The position numbers were made by a program, and so were the translations under genes. A DNA stretch of 42,570 bases from NCBI GenBank assembly GCA_030830305.1, contig JAURNI010000072.1, positions 1 to 42,570 on the forward strand, in the 5' to 3' direction. Positions 28,533 through 36,690 of this stretch are shown piece after piece; within the stretch, counting starts at the first letter, position 1, and every line of letters starts with the position of its first letter. The stretch comes from Alphaproteobacteria bacterium. GTDB lineage: Bacteria > Pseudomonadota > Alphaproteobacteria > Rickettsiales > Deianiraeaceae. The notes beneath the pieces were generated by a model, which was not told the origin of the DNA, made no database searches, and saw only the letters and a program-made list of their open reading frames with translations.

Positions 28533-30323
28533 TTAATTATCAATCTTCAAAGCATCAATAAATGCAGAGTGTGGAATTTCCACCGAACCAACATTCCTCA
28601 TTCTTTTTTTCCCCTTCTTTTGTTTTTCAAGAAGCTTACGCTTACGGGAGATATCCCCCCCATAACATTTCGCTGTAACATCTTTACGCATTGCAGAAAG
28701 CCGCTCACTTGCAATAATACGGGACCCAATCCCTGCTTGAATGCGAACCTCAAACATTTGGCGTGGAATAAGATCTTTCAATTTTGCACACATTGCTCTA
28801 CCTCGTTTTTCTGCAGAGGATTTATCAATTAGCATTGAAAGCTCCGGCACTTCTTCTTGGTTGATCATCATTGTTAATTTTACAAGGTTGGATTTACGAT
28901 AACCCGCCATTTCCCATTCAAACGAAGCATAACCGCTTGATACCGATTTTAGGCGGTCGTGAAAATCAAGAACTACTTCATTTAATGGCAAATTATAAAT
29001 TAACATTGCACGGTTTCCTGAATAATTGAGTTCAACCTGTTCACCTCGCTTTTCTGTACATAAAGTTAGAACATACCCAAGGTATTCATCGGGGACAAAA
29101 ATTGTAGCTTTAACCCATGGTTCTTCAATTTGTTTAATGTGAACGGGATCCGGCAATTCTGTTGGGTTATAGATTTCAAGCCATTCATCTTTGATTGTTT
29201 CTACTTTGTAGACAACCGAAGGTGATGTTGTAATAATTTCAATATCAAATTCACGAAAAATGCGTTCTTGTATAATTTCAAGGTGTAAAAGCCCAAGAAA
29301 ACCACACCTGAAACCAAGCCCAAGAGCAGCCGACGATTCCTGTTCAAATGAAAAAGAGGAATCGTTTAACGCAAGTTTGTAAATTGATTCTTTTAAGTTT
29401 TCAAAGTCATCGGAGTTTATCGGGTACATACCACAAAAAACCGACTGCTGAATTTTCTTAAAACCCGGAAGTGCTGGAGTGATAGTATCTTTTGCAAGAA
29501 CAATGGTATCTCCAACATGGGCATCTGAAACTGTTTTTATTCCAATCACTACATAACCCACTTCACCAGCAGAAAGGCTATTAGTTGGTGTTTTTTTTGG
29601 AGTGAATACCCCAATATGTTCCACCGTATATTCTTTTTTATTGGAAAGAGTTTTAATTTTATCTCCTTTTTTAATTTCACCGTTATAAACACGCACAAGA
29701 AGTATTACTCCAAGGTAGGTGTCATACCATGCGTCAACAAGAACGCATTGCAAATTTTCCTGTGTTGTTTTTGGTGCCGGAATTTTTGCAATAACAGCCT
29801 CTAAAATATCCTCAATACCAATCCCAGTTTTGGCAGAACAAGGAATTGCTTCACTTGCATCAATCCCAATAATGTTTTCAATTTGCTCTTTAACGGTATC
29901 AGGATCCGCAGCAGGAAGATCAATTTTGTTCAAAACCGGAATAATTTCGTGGTTTTGATCCATTGCTTTATAGACATTCGCCAAAGTTTGAGCCTCAACT
30001 CCTTGGGCAGCATCTACTACTAAAATTGAACCTTCACACGCTGAAAGACACCTTGAAACCTCATAAGAAAAATCAACATGTCCAGGGGTGTCCATCAGGT
30101 TTAAAATGTATTCCTTACCATTTTTTGCCGTGTAATGTAAGCGAACAGTTTGTGATTTAATCGTTATACCTTTTTCCTTTTCAAGCTCCATTGAATCAAG
30201 CACTTGCTCTTGCATTTCACGGTCGGTTAATCCGCCACATGTTTGAATGATGCGGTCCGAAAGTGTAGATTTTCCGTGGTCAATGTGGGCAATAATTGCA
30301 AAGTTTCTGATGTTTTCTATCAT
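28533..30323 (-). CDS. lepA: translation elongation factor 4 (LepA)
   Basis: 596 aa. Contains [35 protein letters not shown] and [10 protein letters not shown], plus the LepA-specific C-terminal domain ([22 protein letters not shown]). Confidence 0.96.
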   Translation of the reverse strand: MIENIRNFAIIAHIDHGKSTLSDRIIQTCGGLTDREMQEQVLDSMELEKEKGITIKSQTVRLHYTAKNGKEYILNLMDTPGHVDFSYEVSRCLSACEGSILVVDAAQGVEAQTLANVYKAMDQNHEIIPVLNKIDLPAADPDTVKEQIENIIGIDASEAIPCSAKTGIGIEDILEAVIAKIPAPKTTQENLQCVLVDAWYDTYLGVILLVRVYNGEIKKGDKIKTLSNKKEYTVEHIGVFTPKKTPTNSLSAGEVGYVVIGIKTVSDAHVGDTIVLAKDTITPALPGFKKIQQSVFCGMYPINSDDFENLKESIYKLALNDSSFSFEQESSAALGLGFRCGFLGLLHLEIIQERIFREFDIEIITTSPSVVYKVETIKDEWLEIYNPTELPDPVHIKQIEEPWVKATIFVPDEYLGYVLTLCTEKRGEQVELNYSGNRAMLIYNLPLNEVVLDFHDRLKSVSSGYASFEWEMAGYRKSNLVKLTMMINQEEVPELSMLIDKSSAEKRGRAMCAKLKDLIPRQMFEVRIQAGIGSRIIASERLSAMRKDVTAKCYGGDISRKRKLLEKQKKGKKRMRNVGSVEIPHSAFIDALKIDN

Positions 30324-30355
30324 ATCAATGATTTACTTCAATTAAATGCTAATGT

Positions 30356-30376
30356 TTGACATTTTAAATATGTCAA
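30356..30376. promoter_or_regulatory. inverted repeat TTGACAT-N7-ATGTCAA in the lepA / DUF2513-like divergent gap (candidate operator or promoter element)
   Basis: Read directly: ttgacat tttaaat atgtcaa, with perfect 7-bp arms. It presents a TTGACA hexamer on both strands, 30 nt upstream of the homology-supported start at 30406. Confidence 0.25.
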
Positions 30377-30405
30377 TTGTTAATAGGAAATTAATATTTA
30401 TAATA

Positions 30406-30873
30406 ATGAAAAGGGATTTAGACTTAATTAGAGATATACTTCTTCGTATTGAAAAAAATTTTGGTTATATTCAAAATAATACATTGGAAATTCATATTAA
30501 TATGGATGAAAAAAACATAGGAACGCAGTTATACGAACAACAAATGTCTTATAATACGGATTTTCTTCAATTAGTATCAGATGACATTCCAAAGAAAGAT
30601 GAGTATTTATTATTTCATTTAAACTATCTTAAAGAAAATGGTATTTTCGGTGAAAGAATAAAGCTACTGGAATATAGTATTTCAGGATTTTTCTGCTATA
30701 GATTTGATAACATATACCTCTCGCCAAAGGGACATGAATTTCTTGATTCAATTCGCCACAAAGATATTTTTGAAAAAATTAAAGCAACTGCACAAGAAAC
30801 TGGTGGAAATTTTACACTTGAATTAGTAAAAGAACTTGGAATAAGTTATTTGAAGAAACAAATTGGACTATAA
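30406..30873 (+). CDS. DUF2513-like (winged-helix-like) protein
   Basis: MKRDLDLIRDILLRIEKN at the N-terminus, then HLNYLKENGIF and LSPKGHEFLDSIRHKDIFEKIK, match my recollection of the DUF2513 pattern (MKRDxDLIRxILLxIE ... LTxxGHxFLDxIRD). The start is trimmed from the track ORF (30346) to Met21. Confidence 0.55.
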   Translation: MKRDLDLIRDILLRIEKNFGYIQNNTLEIHINMDEKNIGTQLYEQQMSYNTDFLQLVSDDIPKKDEYLLFHLNYLKENGIFGERIKLLEYSISGFFCYRFDNIYLSPKGHEFLDSIRHKDIFEKIKATAQETGGNFTLELVKELGISYLKKQIGL

Positions 30874-30906
30874 TGCCCTACCAAGCAAACGAAGCTTTGC
30901 AGAAAA
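30866..30906 (+). repeat. direct repeat copy A: relic of the bioC 5' end
   Basis: GACTAtAATGCCCTACCAAgCAAAcGaAGcTTTGCAGAAAA. From the ATG, 30 of 34 nt are identical to copy B at 31472-31505. It would encode MPYQANEALQKNAKKFACLL followed by a stop. Confidence 0.85.
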
Positions 30907-31060
30907 ATGCCAAAAAATTTGCTTGCTTGTTGTAAAATTATATTATACAATTTTGTATAACTAAAATAAATTATATGACAACCGAGGAAATATACGCAGT
31001 TATTGCACTCTATATTGCAAAGGAACTTGGCGATGAATTGTATAATTACAAATATTAAAT

Positions 31061-31471
31061 ATGAGCGAGGATAAAGTAAAAAATGGTTCAGAGGTAACAA
31101 AGCAAGATAATCAAGACAAAAAAGATAGTGACAATAAACAACCGTTAGGTGCATTACTGCAAATGTTAAGTATTACACACAAAAGTTCAAATGCAACATT
31201 GGGTGGTATTATTGCTGAAAAGATGTCCCAAGAACAAGTACCGCTGTTTTTTGAACATGTGGAAAGGCGTGAAATGGAAGAACATAAAAATACAAGATTA
31301 ACAACTATACTATCATTTCTTGCACTGTTATTTGTTTTACTATTTTTTGCATTAATTGTAGTTTTTCTGAAAGATACAACACTCACGAAAGAAATTGTAA
31401 TAGGTTTGCTCTCATTTATTGGTGGAGGTGGACTTGGTTTTGGTATTGGAAAAATGCAGAATAAAGACTAA
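31061..31471 (+). CDS. hypothetical 2-TM membrane protein (possibly DUF2335-like)
   Basis: 136 aa. It has a charged N-terminus (SEDKVKNGSEVTKQDNQDKKDSDNK), a helical segment (EHVERREMEEHKNTRL), then two TM helices, the second Gly-rich (IGLLSFIGGGGLGFGIG). The family assignment is a weak recollection. Confidence 0.5.
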   Translation: MSEDKVKNGSEVTKQDNQDKKDSDNKQPLGALLQMLSITHKSSNATLGGIIAEKMSQEQVPLFFEHVERREMEEHKNTRLTTILSFLALLFVLLFFALIVVFLKDTTLTKEIVIGLLSFIGGGGLGFGIGKMQNKD

Positions 31472-31505
31472 ATGCCCTACCAAACAAATGCAGTTTTGCA
31501 GAAAA
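31466..31505 (+). repeat. direct repeat copy B: the functional bioC 5' end
   Basis: GACTAAATGCCCTACCAAaCAAAtGcAGtTTTGCAGAAAA. It lies 599-600 bp downstream of copy A. Confidence 0.85.
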
Positions 31506-32107
31506 TCATTGCTCAAAAACTTGTTAACTTAGCAGGCAGGCAAATTAATTTATGTAATCAAAATATTCTTGATGTTGGCTCCGGAACTGGCTTTATTGCA
31601 CAAAATTTAGTACAAACAGGGGCAAAACCTTCAAGTATTTTTCAGATTGATAGAAATCCAGAAGCACTAAATTATGCAAAACAATTTGGGAATGTTGTGA
31701 ATACAGACTTCAATAAACCTTTATCATTTGAGCAAAAATTTGATGTAATATTTTCCTCTATGGCACTTCAGTGGGCAGAAAATCTTTATAAAACTCTCAC
31801 GCATTTACAAAACTTTTTAAGTGAAGGTGGTAATATATTTTTTGCAATTCCATTGCAAGGAAGTTTGCAAGAAATTTACGATATTCTTGAAATAACATCA
31901 TTTCCATTTCCAAAAATGGAAGATATGATGGAATATGCACACATTATTCACACACAAACTTATGTAGAAAATTCCTATATTGCACTAAAAAACATTCATA
32001 TTTCAAACCTTGTTTTGCAACAAAATACCTATATAACAAAAAACAAATTGATTTTGCTAAAAAAAGTAATAACAACATGGAATGTTGGTTTTTTTAAACT
32101 TAAGTAA
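31472..32107 (+). CDS. bioC: malonyl-[acyl-carrier-protein] O-methyltransferase (BioC-like class I SAM methyltransferase)
   Basis: ILDVGSGTGFIAQNL (SAM motif I), FDVIFSSMALQWAENL and IPLQGSLQEIY parallel E. coli BioC (LDAGCGPG, FDLAWSNLAVQWCGNL, LVQGSLPEL). At 211 aa it is shorter than typical BioC. Confidence 0.75.
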   Translation: MPYQTNAVLQKIIAQKLVNLAGRQINLCNQNILDVGSGTGFIAQNLVQTGAKPSSIFQIDRNPEALNYAKQFGNVVNTDFNKPLSFEQKFDVIFSSMALQWAENLYKTLTHLQNFLSEGGNIFFAIPLQGSLQEIYDILEITSFPFPKMEDMMEYAHIIHTQTYVENSYIALKNIHISNLVLQQNTYITKNKLILLKKVITTWNVGFFKLK

Positions 32108-32898
32108 TGCAAGGTAGTGTATATAATTATGGAATAGAGTCTGTTGGAGATTTCACATTCATGAAAAGTAATGATACCGAATTCAAGACCTACGAGCAGT
32201 CTTATCGTATTTTTTGTGATTTATTTAAACAAGGGTATCCTGAATACAGAAGCCAAATGGATATTTCAGACGAGGATATAAGGAATGCCAGGAAGCATAG
32301 ATTTGAGACAGATGAGTATTGGTCAATATGGCGTAAATACGGCGAAGTTGTTGCATTTATTGAAGCATTTTTCCATAAACAAAACGGGTTTAACATGCTT
32401 CCAAGAATTTTTGGTAAATATCCGGAAGAAATAGAAAATTTTCAATCTTGCAATGCTTTTCTTAAAAGATTTCAAAACGACAAAACCCTTGTTGAGCTTT
32501 TTGAAGACTGCGGTATTACAAGAATGCGTCACACAATGGCTGAAACAATTTGGAATGCCGTTTTAAAGCTGAATACTGATTACAATGGTATTGTTCCAAA
32601 AGAAAGATGGAAGCTGTTGCAATTTAATGGTTTAGGCAGAAAAATTGCCAACATGTTGATGAACCTTGCCTTTGATTTACCTGAGATTGGTATTGATGTA
32701 AGGGTTTTTCGTGCAGCGTGTAATTTAGGCTTTATACCATTTTCACCCGATCAATTCGCCTCTGACTCAATCAAATTTGAAGCAGAATTAATTCTTCGTC
32801 GCTCAATTCCACAAAAATTTTTTCTTGATGCAGACTACCTTTTATTTATGAGTGGAGCAGGTGAGGGGGTACATTCACCAAAGCCAAAAGTAAAATAG
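32107..32898 (+). CDS. HhH-GPD superfamily DNA glycosylase (endonuclease III-like, no Fe-S cluster motif)
   Basis: LLQFNGLGRKIANMLMNLAFDLPEIGIDVRVFRAA parallels Nth [31 protein letters not shown], including the helix-hairpin-helix, Lys and Asp. There is no C-terminal Cys cluster. The start overlaps the bioC stop by 1 nt. Confidence 0.7.
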   Translation: MQGSVYNYGIESVGDFTFMKSNDTEFKTYEQSYRIFCDLFKQGYPEYRSQMDISDEDIRNARKHRFETDEYWSIWRKYGEVVAFIEAFFHKQNGFNMLPRIFGKYPEEIENFQSCNAFLKRFQNDKTLVELFEDCGITRMRHTMAETIWNAVLKLNTDYNGIVPKERWKLLQFNGLGRKIANMLMNLAFDLPEIGIDVRVFRAACNLGFIPFSPDQFASDSIKFEAELILRRSIPQKFFLDADYLLFMSGAGEGVHSPKPKVK

Positions 32899-33462
32899 CT
32901 ATTTCCTTATAATAGTTGGTGTATGTTCTGTAAAATCAATAATGGTTGAGGGTTTTTGACTAAGGCTTTGACTGTTATCCATGAATAAGAATTCAACATT
33001 TTCAGAAATTTCTGGTGGTATTTCTTCTTTTGCAAACTCATGTCCTGAAATATTCACACTAGTCCCGCATATAATAACTTCTTTTGTAAGTTTTATAATA
33101 TTACTTTGTTTTGGAATGCGAATTCCGACTTTTCCATCTATCGAAATTAAAAGAGGCGAAAGTACCGATTTTGCAAAATCTGTTGCTTGTAATAAAATTG
33201 TAAAAGCACCAGGTAGATTTTCTTTCACAAACTTTTTGGATCTTTCTGTTTCAATGCCATATTTTTGAATTTCTTCGATAGTTGGTAGAAAAATTGCCAA
33301 TGGTTTAGAAAAATCCCTTTTTTTTGTTTCAAAAATTTGTATAACTGCATCATGATTTGTTGCATCTGTAAATATACCAAGAATTGTGTCTGTTGGTAAC
33401 ACACATAAGTTACCCTTTTTAAATGATTTCTTGATTTCTTCTAAACTGTATATTTGTTTCAT
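32899..33462 (-). CDS. tsaC: L-threonylcarbamoyladenylate synthase (TsaC/YrdC family)
   Basis: 187-aa single YrdC domain. Contains LCVLPTDTILGIFTDATNHDAVIQIFETKKRDFSKPLAIFL, GAFTILL and PSTIIDFT. Confidence 0.85.
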   Translation of the reverse strand: MKQIYSLEEIKKSFKKGNLCVLPTDTILGIFTDATNHDAVIQIFETKKRDFSKPLAIFLPTIEEIQKYGIETERSKKFVKENLPGAFTILLQATDFAKSVLSPLLISIDGKVGIRIPKQSNIIKLTKEVIICGTSVNISGHEFAKEEIPPEISENVEFLFMDNSQSLSQKPSTIIDFTEHTPTIIRK

Positions 33463-33477
33463 TGAAAATACAAATAA

Positions 33478-33696
33478 ATGTGTATGATTGCAGTTCTTGT
33501 TATATTTTTCATAATTTCAATACTTTTGTGTATGACAGCAACCGTAATGTTTTTAGGTTTAATAACTTCACGCAAAAACATTGGATACAAACCGCTTGAA
33601 GATGTAATGAAATCGGAATATTACGATTTCATTTTTGTAAAAAAAAATGACAATGTTTTTAAGGAACATGGAGACGATATTTGCACCGATAAGTAA
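33478..33696 (+). CDS. hypothetical small membrane protein (72 aa)
   Basis: It has one long hydrophobic N-terminal segment and overlaps the mnmE start region. It fills the tsaC/mnmE divergent gap but may be spurious. Confidence 0.2.
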   Translation: MCMIAVLVIFFIISILLCMTATVMFLGLITSRKNIGYKPLEDVMKSEYYDFIFVKKNDNVFKEHGDDICTDK

Positions 33697-34971
33697 TGTT
33701 AGAAATTCTGCAGTTTGTATTGTAAGAATTTCCGGTAGCAATATTTTTGCCGTTTCAAAATTTATTCCGTCTTTGGTAAAAATAAAACATCGTTTTGCGA
33801 TGCGTGTAAAAATTTTTGATATCGACGGCACGCAGCTTGACGATGCTCTTGCTGTATACTTTGCTGCACCAAATAGCTTTACAGGTGAAGATGTATTGGA
33901 AATCTCCCTGCATGCTTCACAATTCGTAGTTTCGAAATTTCTTTCTATAATTGCAACACTTCCTAATTTTCGTTTTGCCAAAGCAGGTGAGTTTTGTTTT
34001 CGTGCAGTTGAAAATAATAAAATTTCCCTCAATGAGGCGGAGGCGATTAATAAGCTAATTTTAAGTGATAGTAAAATCAAGCATAACCTTGCAATCAATG
34101 AGCTTAACGGGGTATGTAAAGATTATTACAATCACATAAAAAGCAGTTTATTAAAAATTCTTTCATTTCTTGAAACTTTTATAGACTTTTCTGAAGATGA
34201 AGAAATTTCTTTAGATTTTATTTCTAAAATCAAAGAAATTAATATTGATTTAATTTTATCAATTCAAAAAACTATACAATTTTCACAAAAAAAAGAAAAT
34301 TTTGATGTGCAAATTGCAATTTTGGGTAAACCAAATGTTGGTAAATCATCACTTTTTAACATACTAACATCGACTAACGATGCAATTGTTTCAGAAATTG
34401 CCGGTACAACAAGAGACGCTCTTAAGAAAACTCTTAATATTGCAGGTTTTAAAGTTGAATTAATAGACACTGCAGGAATACGAGACAATGCCGAGCAAAT
34501 TGAAAAAATTGGTATTGAAAAGGCAAAAAATCTTGCAATGAATGCAGATATCATTTTGCTTCTTCAGGAAAAAGAAGATGAGTTTGTGGTGGATTTATCA
34601 TGTTTTAATGGTGTGGTGCTTGTGGTTTTTACGAAAAAAGATATTCATGGTGTGCGTGGAATAGACAAAGAAAATGTGGTAAATATTTCTGTATTACAAA
34701 ATAACATTTCAGAACTTGAAGCAAAAATTCACAGTGTTCTGAGAGTAGATTTTATGAAATGCAATCTATTGGATTTTTATGCAATGAAAGACAAAAAGCT
34801 GTTTTACAAACGACACTTTCAATTTTGCAGAATATAGATTATGCACAAAGTGCAGAACTGCTTTCTGAAGAGTTCAGACATGCTTTGCATACAATCTCCT
34901 TTCTAGTTGGTGTTATTAACACAGAAGATATTCTTGGTGAGATATTTTCCAATTTCTGTATTGGTAAATAA
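33647..34971 (+). pseudogene. mnmE: tRNA modification GTPase MnmE (TrmE), interrupted by one frameshift
   Basis: Track ORF 33647..34837 carries the MnmE N-domain (TIFAPIS...AVCIVRISG, FTGEDVLEISLHAS) and the G domain (GKPNVGKSSLFN, DTAGIR, TKKD). Track ORF 34759..34971, in a different frame, carries the MnmE C-terminus (GFLCNERQKAVL ... ILGEIFSNFCIGK) with the hallmark C-terminal CIGK. The combined length of 1325 nt equals a normal ~441-aa MnmE. Confidence 0.85.
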
Positions 34972-34988
34972 TTGTATGCAGTATGTAT

Positions 34989-36629
34989 TTATGTTACATC
35001 AATATATTTTACGTGAAAATTGTTATCAATTTCTGTATGTTGCGGTTTTGCAGATTCCTGTGGAAAATCCTCTCTATAATGAGAGCCAATGGAGTGTTCT
35101 CTAAAAATTGATGCAGTTAAAACGCACTTTGCCATTAACGCAAGGCTTTGAGTTTCATAAAGATTTATAAAATCAACATCAAAAGCTATTCCGGAAAAAT
35201 TATTGAGATTCTCAAGTTCTCTATAAATGTTGTCAATCTTATTTAATGCCATTTTCATATTTTTATGATTTTTCACAATTGAAGCATTTACATCCATAAT
35301 TTCTTGAATTTGTCTTCTGTAAGCAAGAATTTCTTCAAATTTTATTCCTGAATTCTTGTTTGTTATACTTTTAATTGCCTCTGATATTTTTTTTGTGTTA
35401 TGTTTGGAATTATATTTGTTATCTTGAAAGTTTGACGCTATATCGTTTGTAGCAATTTTAGCGCTTGTGAAAAGTTCTAAAAGTGAATTACAACCTAGTC
35501 TATTTGCTCCATGAACTGAAGCACATGCAAGTTCACCGATTGCGTATATTCCATCTTTTATTTTATAGTTTTCATCAACTGCAATGCCGCCCATATTGTA
35601 ATGAGCGGTTGGGTGGATCGGTAATAATGATTTTGATATATCAATTTTAGCAAAATGCTTTGCTACGGTATACGAGCTGATAAGTTTTTTTCTAATTGTA
35701 TCCAATGGAATATGTGTTAAATCCAAGTAAACGTTTCCATATAACAGTTCTTGATAAATTGCTCTTGCAACAACATCTCTTGGTGCAAGCTCTTTTAAAT
35801 GATGGTATTTTTCCATAAATCTTTCACCTTTTGTATTGCGTAAAAAAGCTCCTTGACTGCGACATGCTTCCGATATTAACATACCATTTCCCCACAACCC
35901 CGTTGGATGAAATTGTACCAGTTCAATATCCTTTAGACAAATGCCATTTTGAAATAAAATTCTATGTCCGCAACCTGTATAGAGATGAGATGAAGAATTG
36001 GTTTTGTATATTTGTGAAAAACCTCCTGTTGCAAAAATAATATACTTTGCCTGTAAAACATCTATTGCACTATTAACAATGTTGTATGCAAGTAAAATAT
36101 TTGGTTTGCCGTAAAGAAAATCTAGGGCTTGTGTATAGTTAAAAACTGTAATATTTTTTTGATTTAGCACATGTTTACAAAGTGACTGCATGATTGCATG
36201 TCCGGTGTGGTCTTTAACAAAACAAGCACGGTTTGAGAGTTCACCATTACCATAATGAGTTGTTTGTCCGCCATAAACACGCTGATCAATTTTACCTTCT
36301 GGTGTGGTATCAAAATTTACGCCGATTCTTGAAAGGTAATCAATTATAGACGGTGCTTCTGTACACATTTTTGTTGTTGGTATTGAGTCACATAGTCCTT
36401 TTCCGGAAGTTAATGTGTCATAGGTGTGCCATGCTGTTGAATCCTGATTGATGTTTCCAAGTGCTGCATTAATCCCACCCTTTGCAGATGTTGTATGACT
36501 GCCCATTGGGTACGTTTTACAAAGAATCGCAATTTTTATATTTGGAAATGCTTGATTTAAAAACAAAGCAGATGCAATTCCAGAGCCACCACCACCAACA
36601 ATAATGACGTCATAGCTATGAACATTCAT
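34989..36629 (-). CDS. sdhA: succinate dehydrogenase / fumarate reductase flavoprotein subunit (shortened, orphan)
   Basis: YDVIIVGGGGSGIASA, YPMGSHTTSAKGGINAALGN (covalent-FAD His context), WHTYDT, IDQRVYGGQTTHYG, DHTGHAIMQSL, VQFHPTG, ISEACRSQG, HYNMGG and ASVHGANRLGCNSLLEL parallel E. coli SdhA block by block. It is 546 aa against roughly 590 for E. coli SdhA. Confidence 0.75.
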   Translation of the reverse strand: MNVHSYDVIIVGGGGSGIASALFLNQAFPNIKIAILCKTYPMGSHTTSAKGGINAALGNINQDSTAWHTYDTLTSGKGLCDSIPTTKMCTEAPSIIDYLSRIGVNFDTTPEGKIDQRVYGGQTTHYGNGELSNRACFVKDHTGHAIMQSLCKHVLNQKNITVFNYTQALDFLYGKPNILLAYNIVNSAIDVLQAKYIIFATGGFSQIYKTNSSSHLYTGCGHRILFQNGICLKDIELVQFHPTGLWGNGMLISEACRSQGAFLRNTKGERFMEKYHHLKELAPRDVVARAIYQELLYGNVYLDLTHIPLDTIRKKLISSYTVAKHFAKIDISKSLLPIHPTAHYNMGGIAVDENYKIKDGIYAIGELACASVHGANRLGCNSLLELFTSAKIATNDIASNFQDNKYNSKHNTKKISEAIKSITNKNSGIKFEEILAYRRQIQEIMDVNASIVKNHKNMKMALNKIDNIYRELENLNNFSGIAFDVDFINLYETQSLALMAKCVLTASIFREHSIGSHYREDFPQESAKPQHTEIDNNFHVKYIDVT

Positions 36630-36690
36630 ATTAATGAACTAAAGGTAACGCCAAAAGATATAAAAGGTTAAAAACCAAAAATCCAATATA

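Noticed and set aside
30846-31154. Track ORF 30846..31154 (-, 102 aa) spanning the bioC relic and the start of the membrane-protein gene.
   Set aside because: It lies antisense to better-supported plus-strand features, its composition is Leu/Phe/Ile/Cys-rich and unconvincing, and it has no motif.
34989-36629. Calling the 546-aa flavoprotein L-aspartate oxidase (NadB) because of its size and the ELAPRDVVARAI and GKGLCD-like stretches.
   Set aside because: It carries the SdhA/FrdA-specific features: the SHT context of the covalent-FAD histidine, the QRVYGGQ block and ACASVHGANRLG. These align much better with SdhA. The NadB possibility is left as a refutation test.
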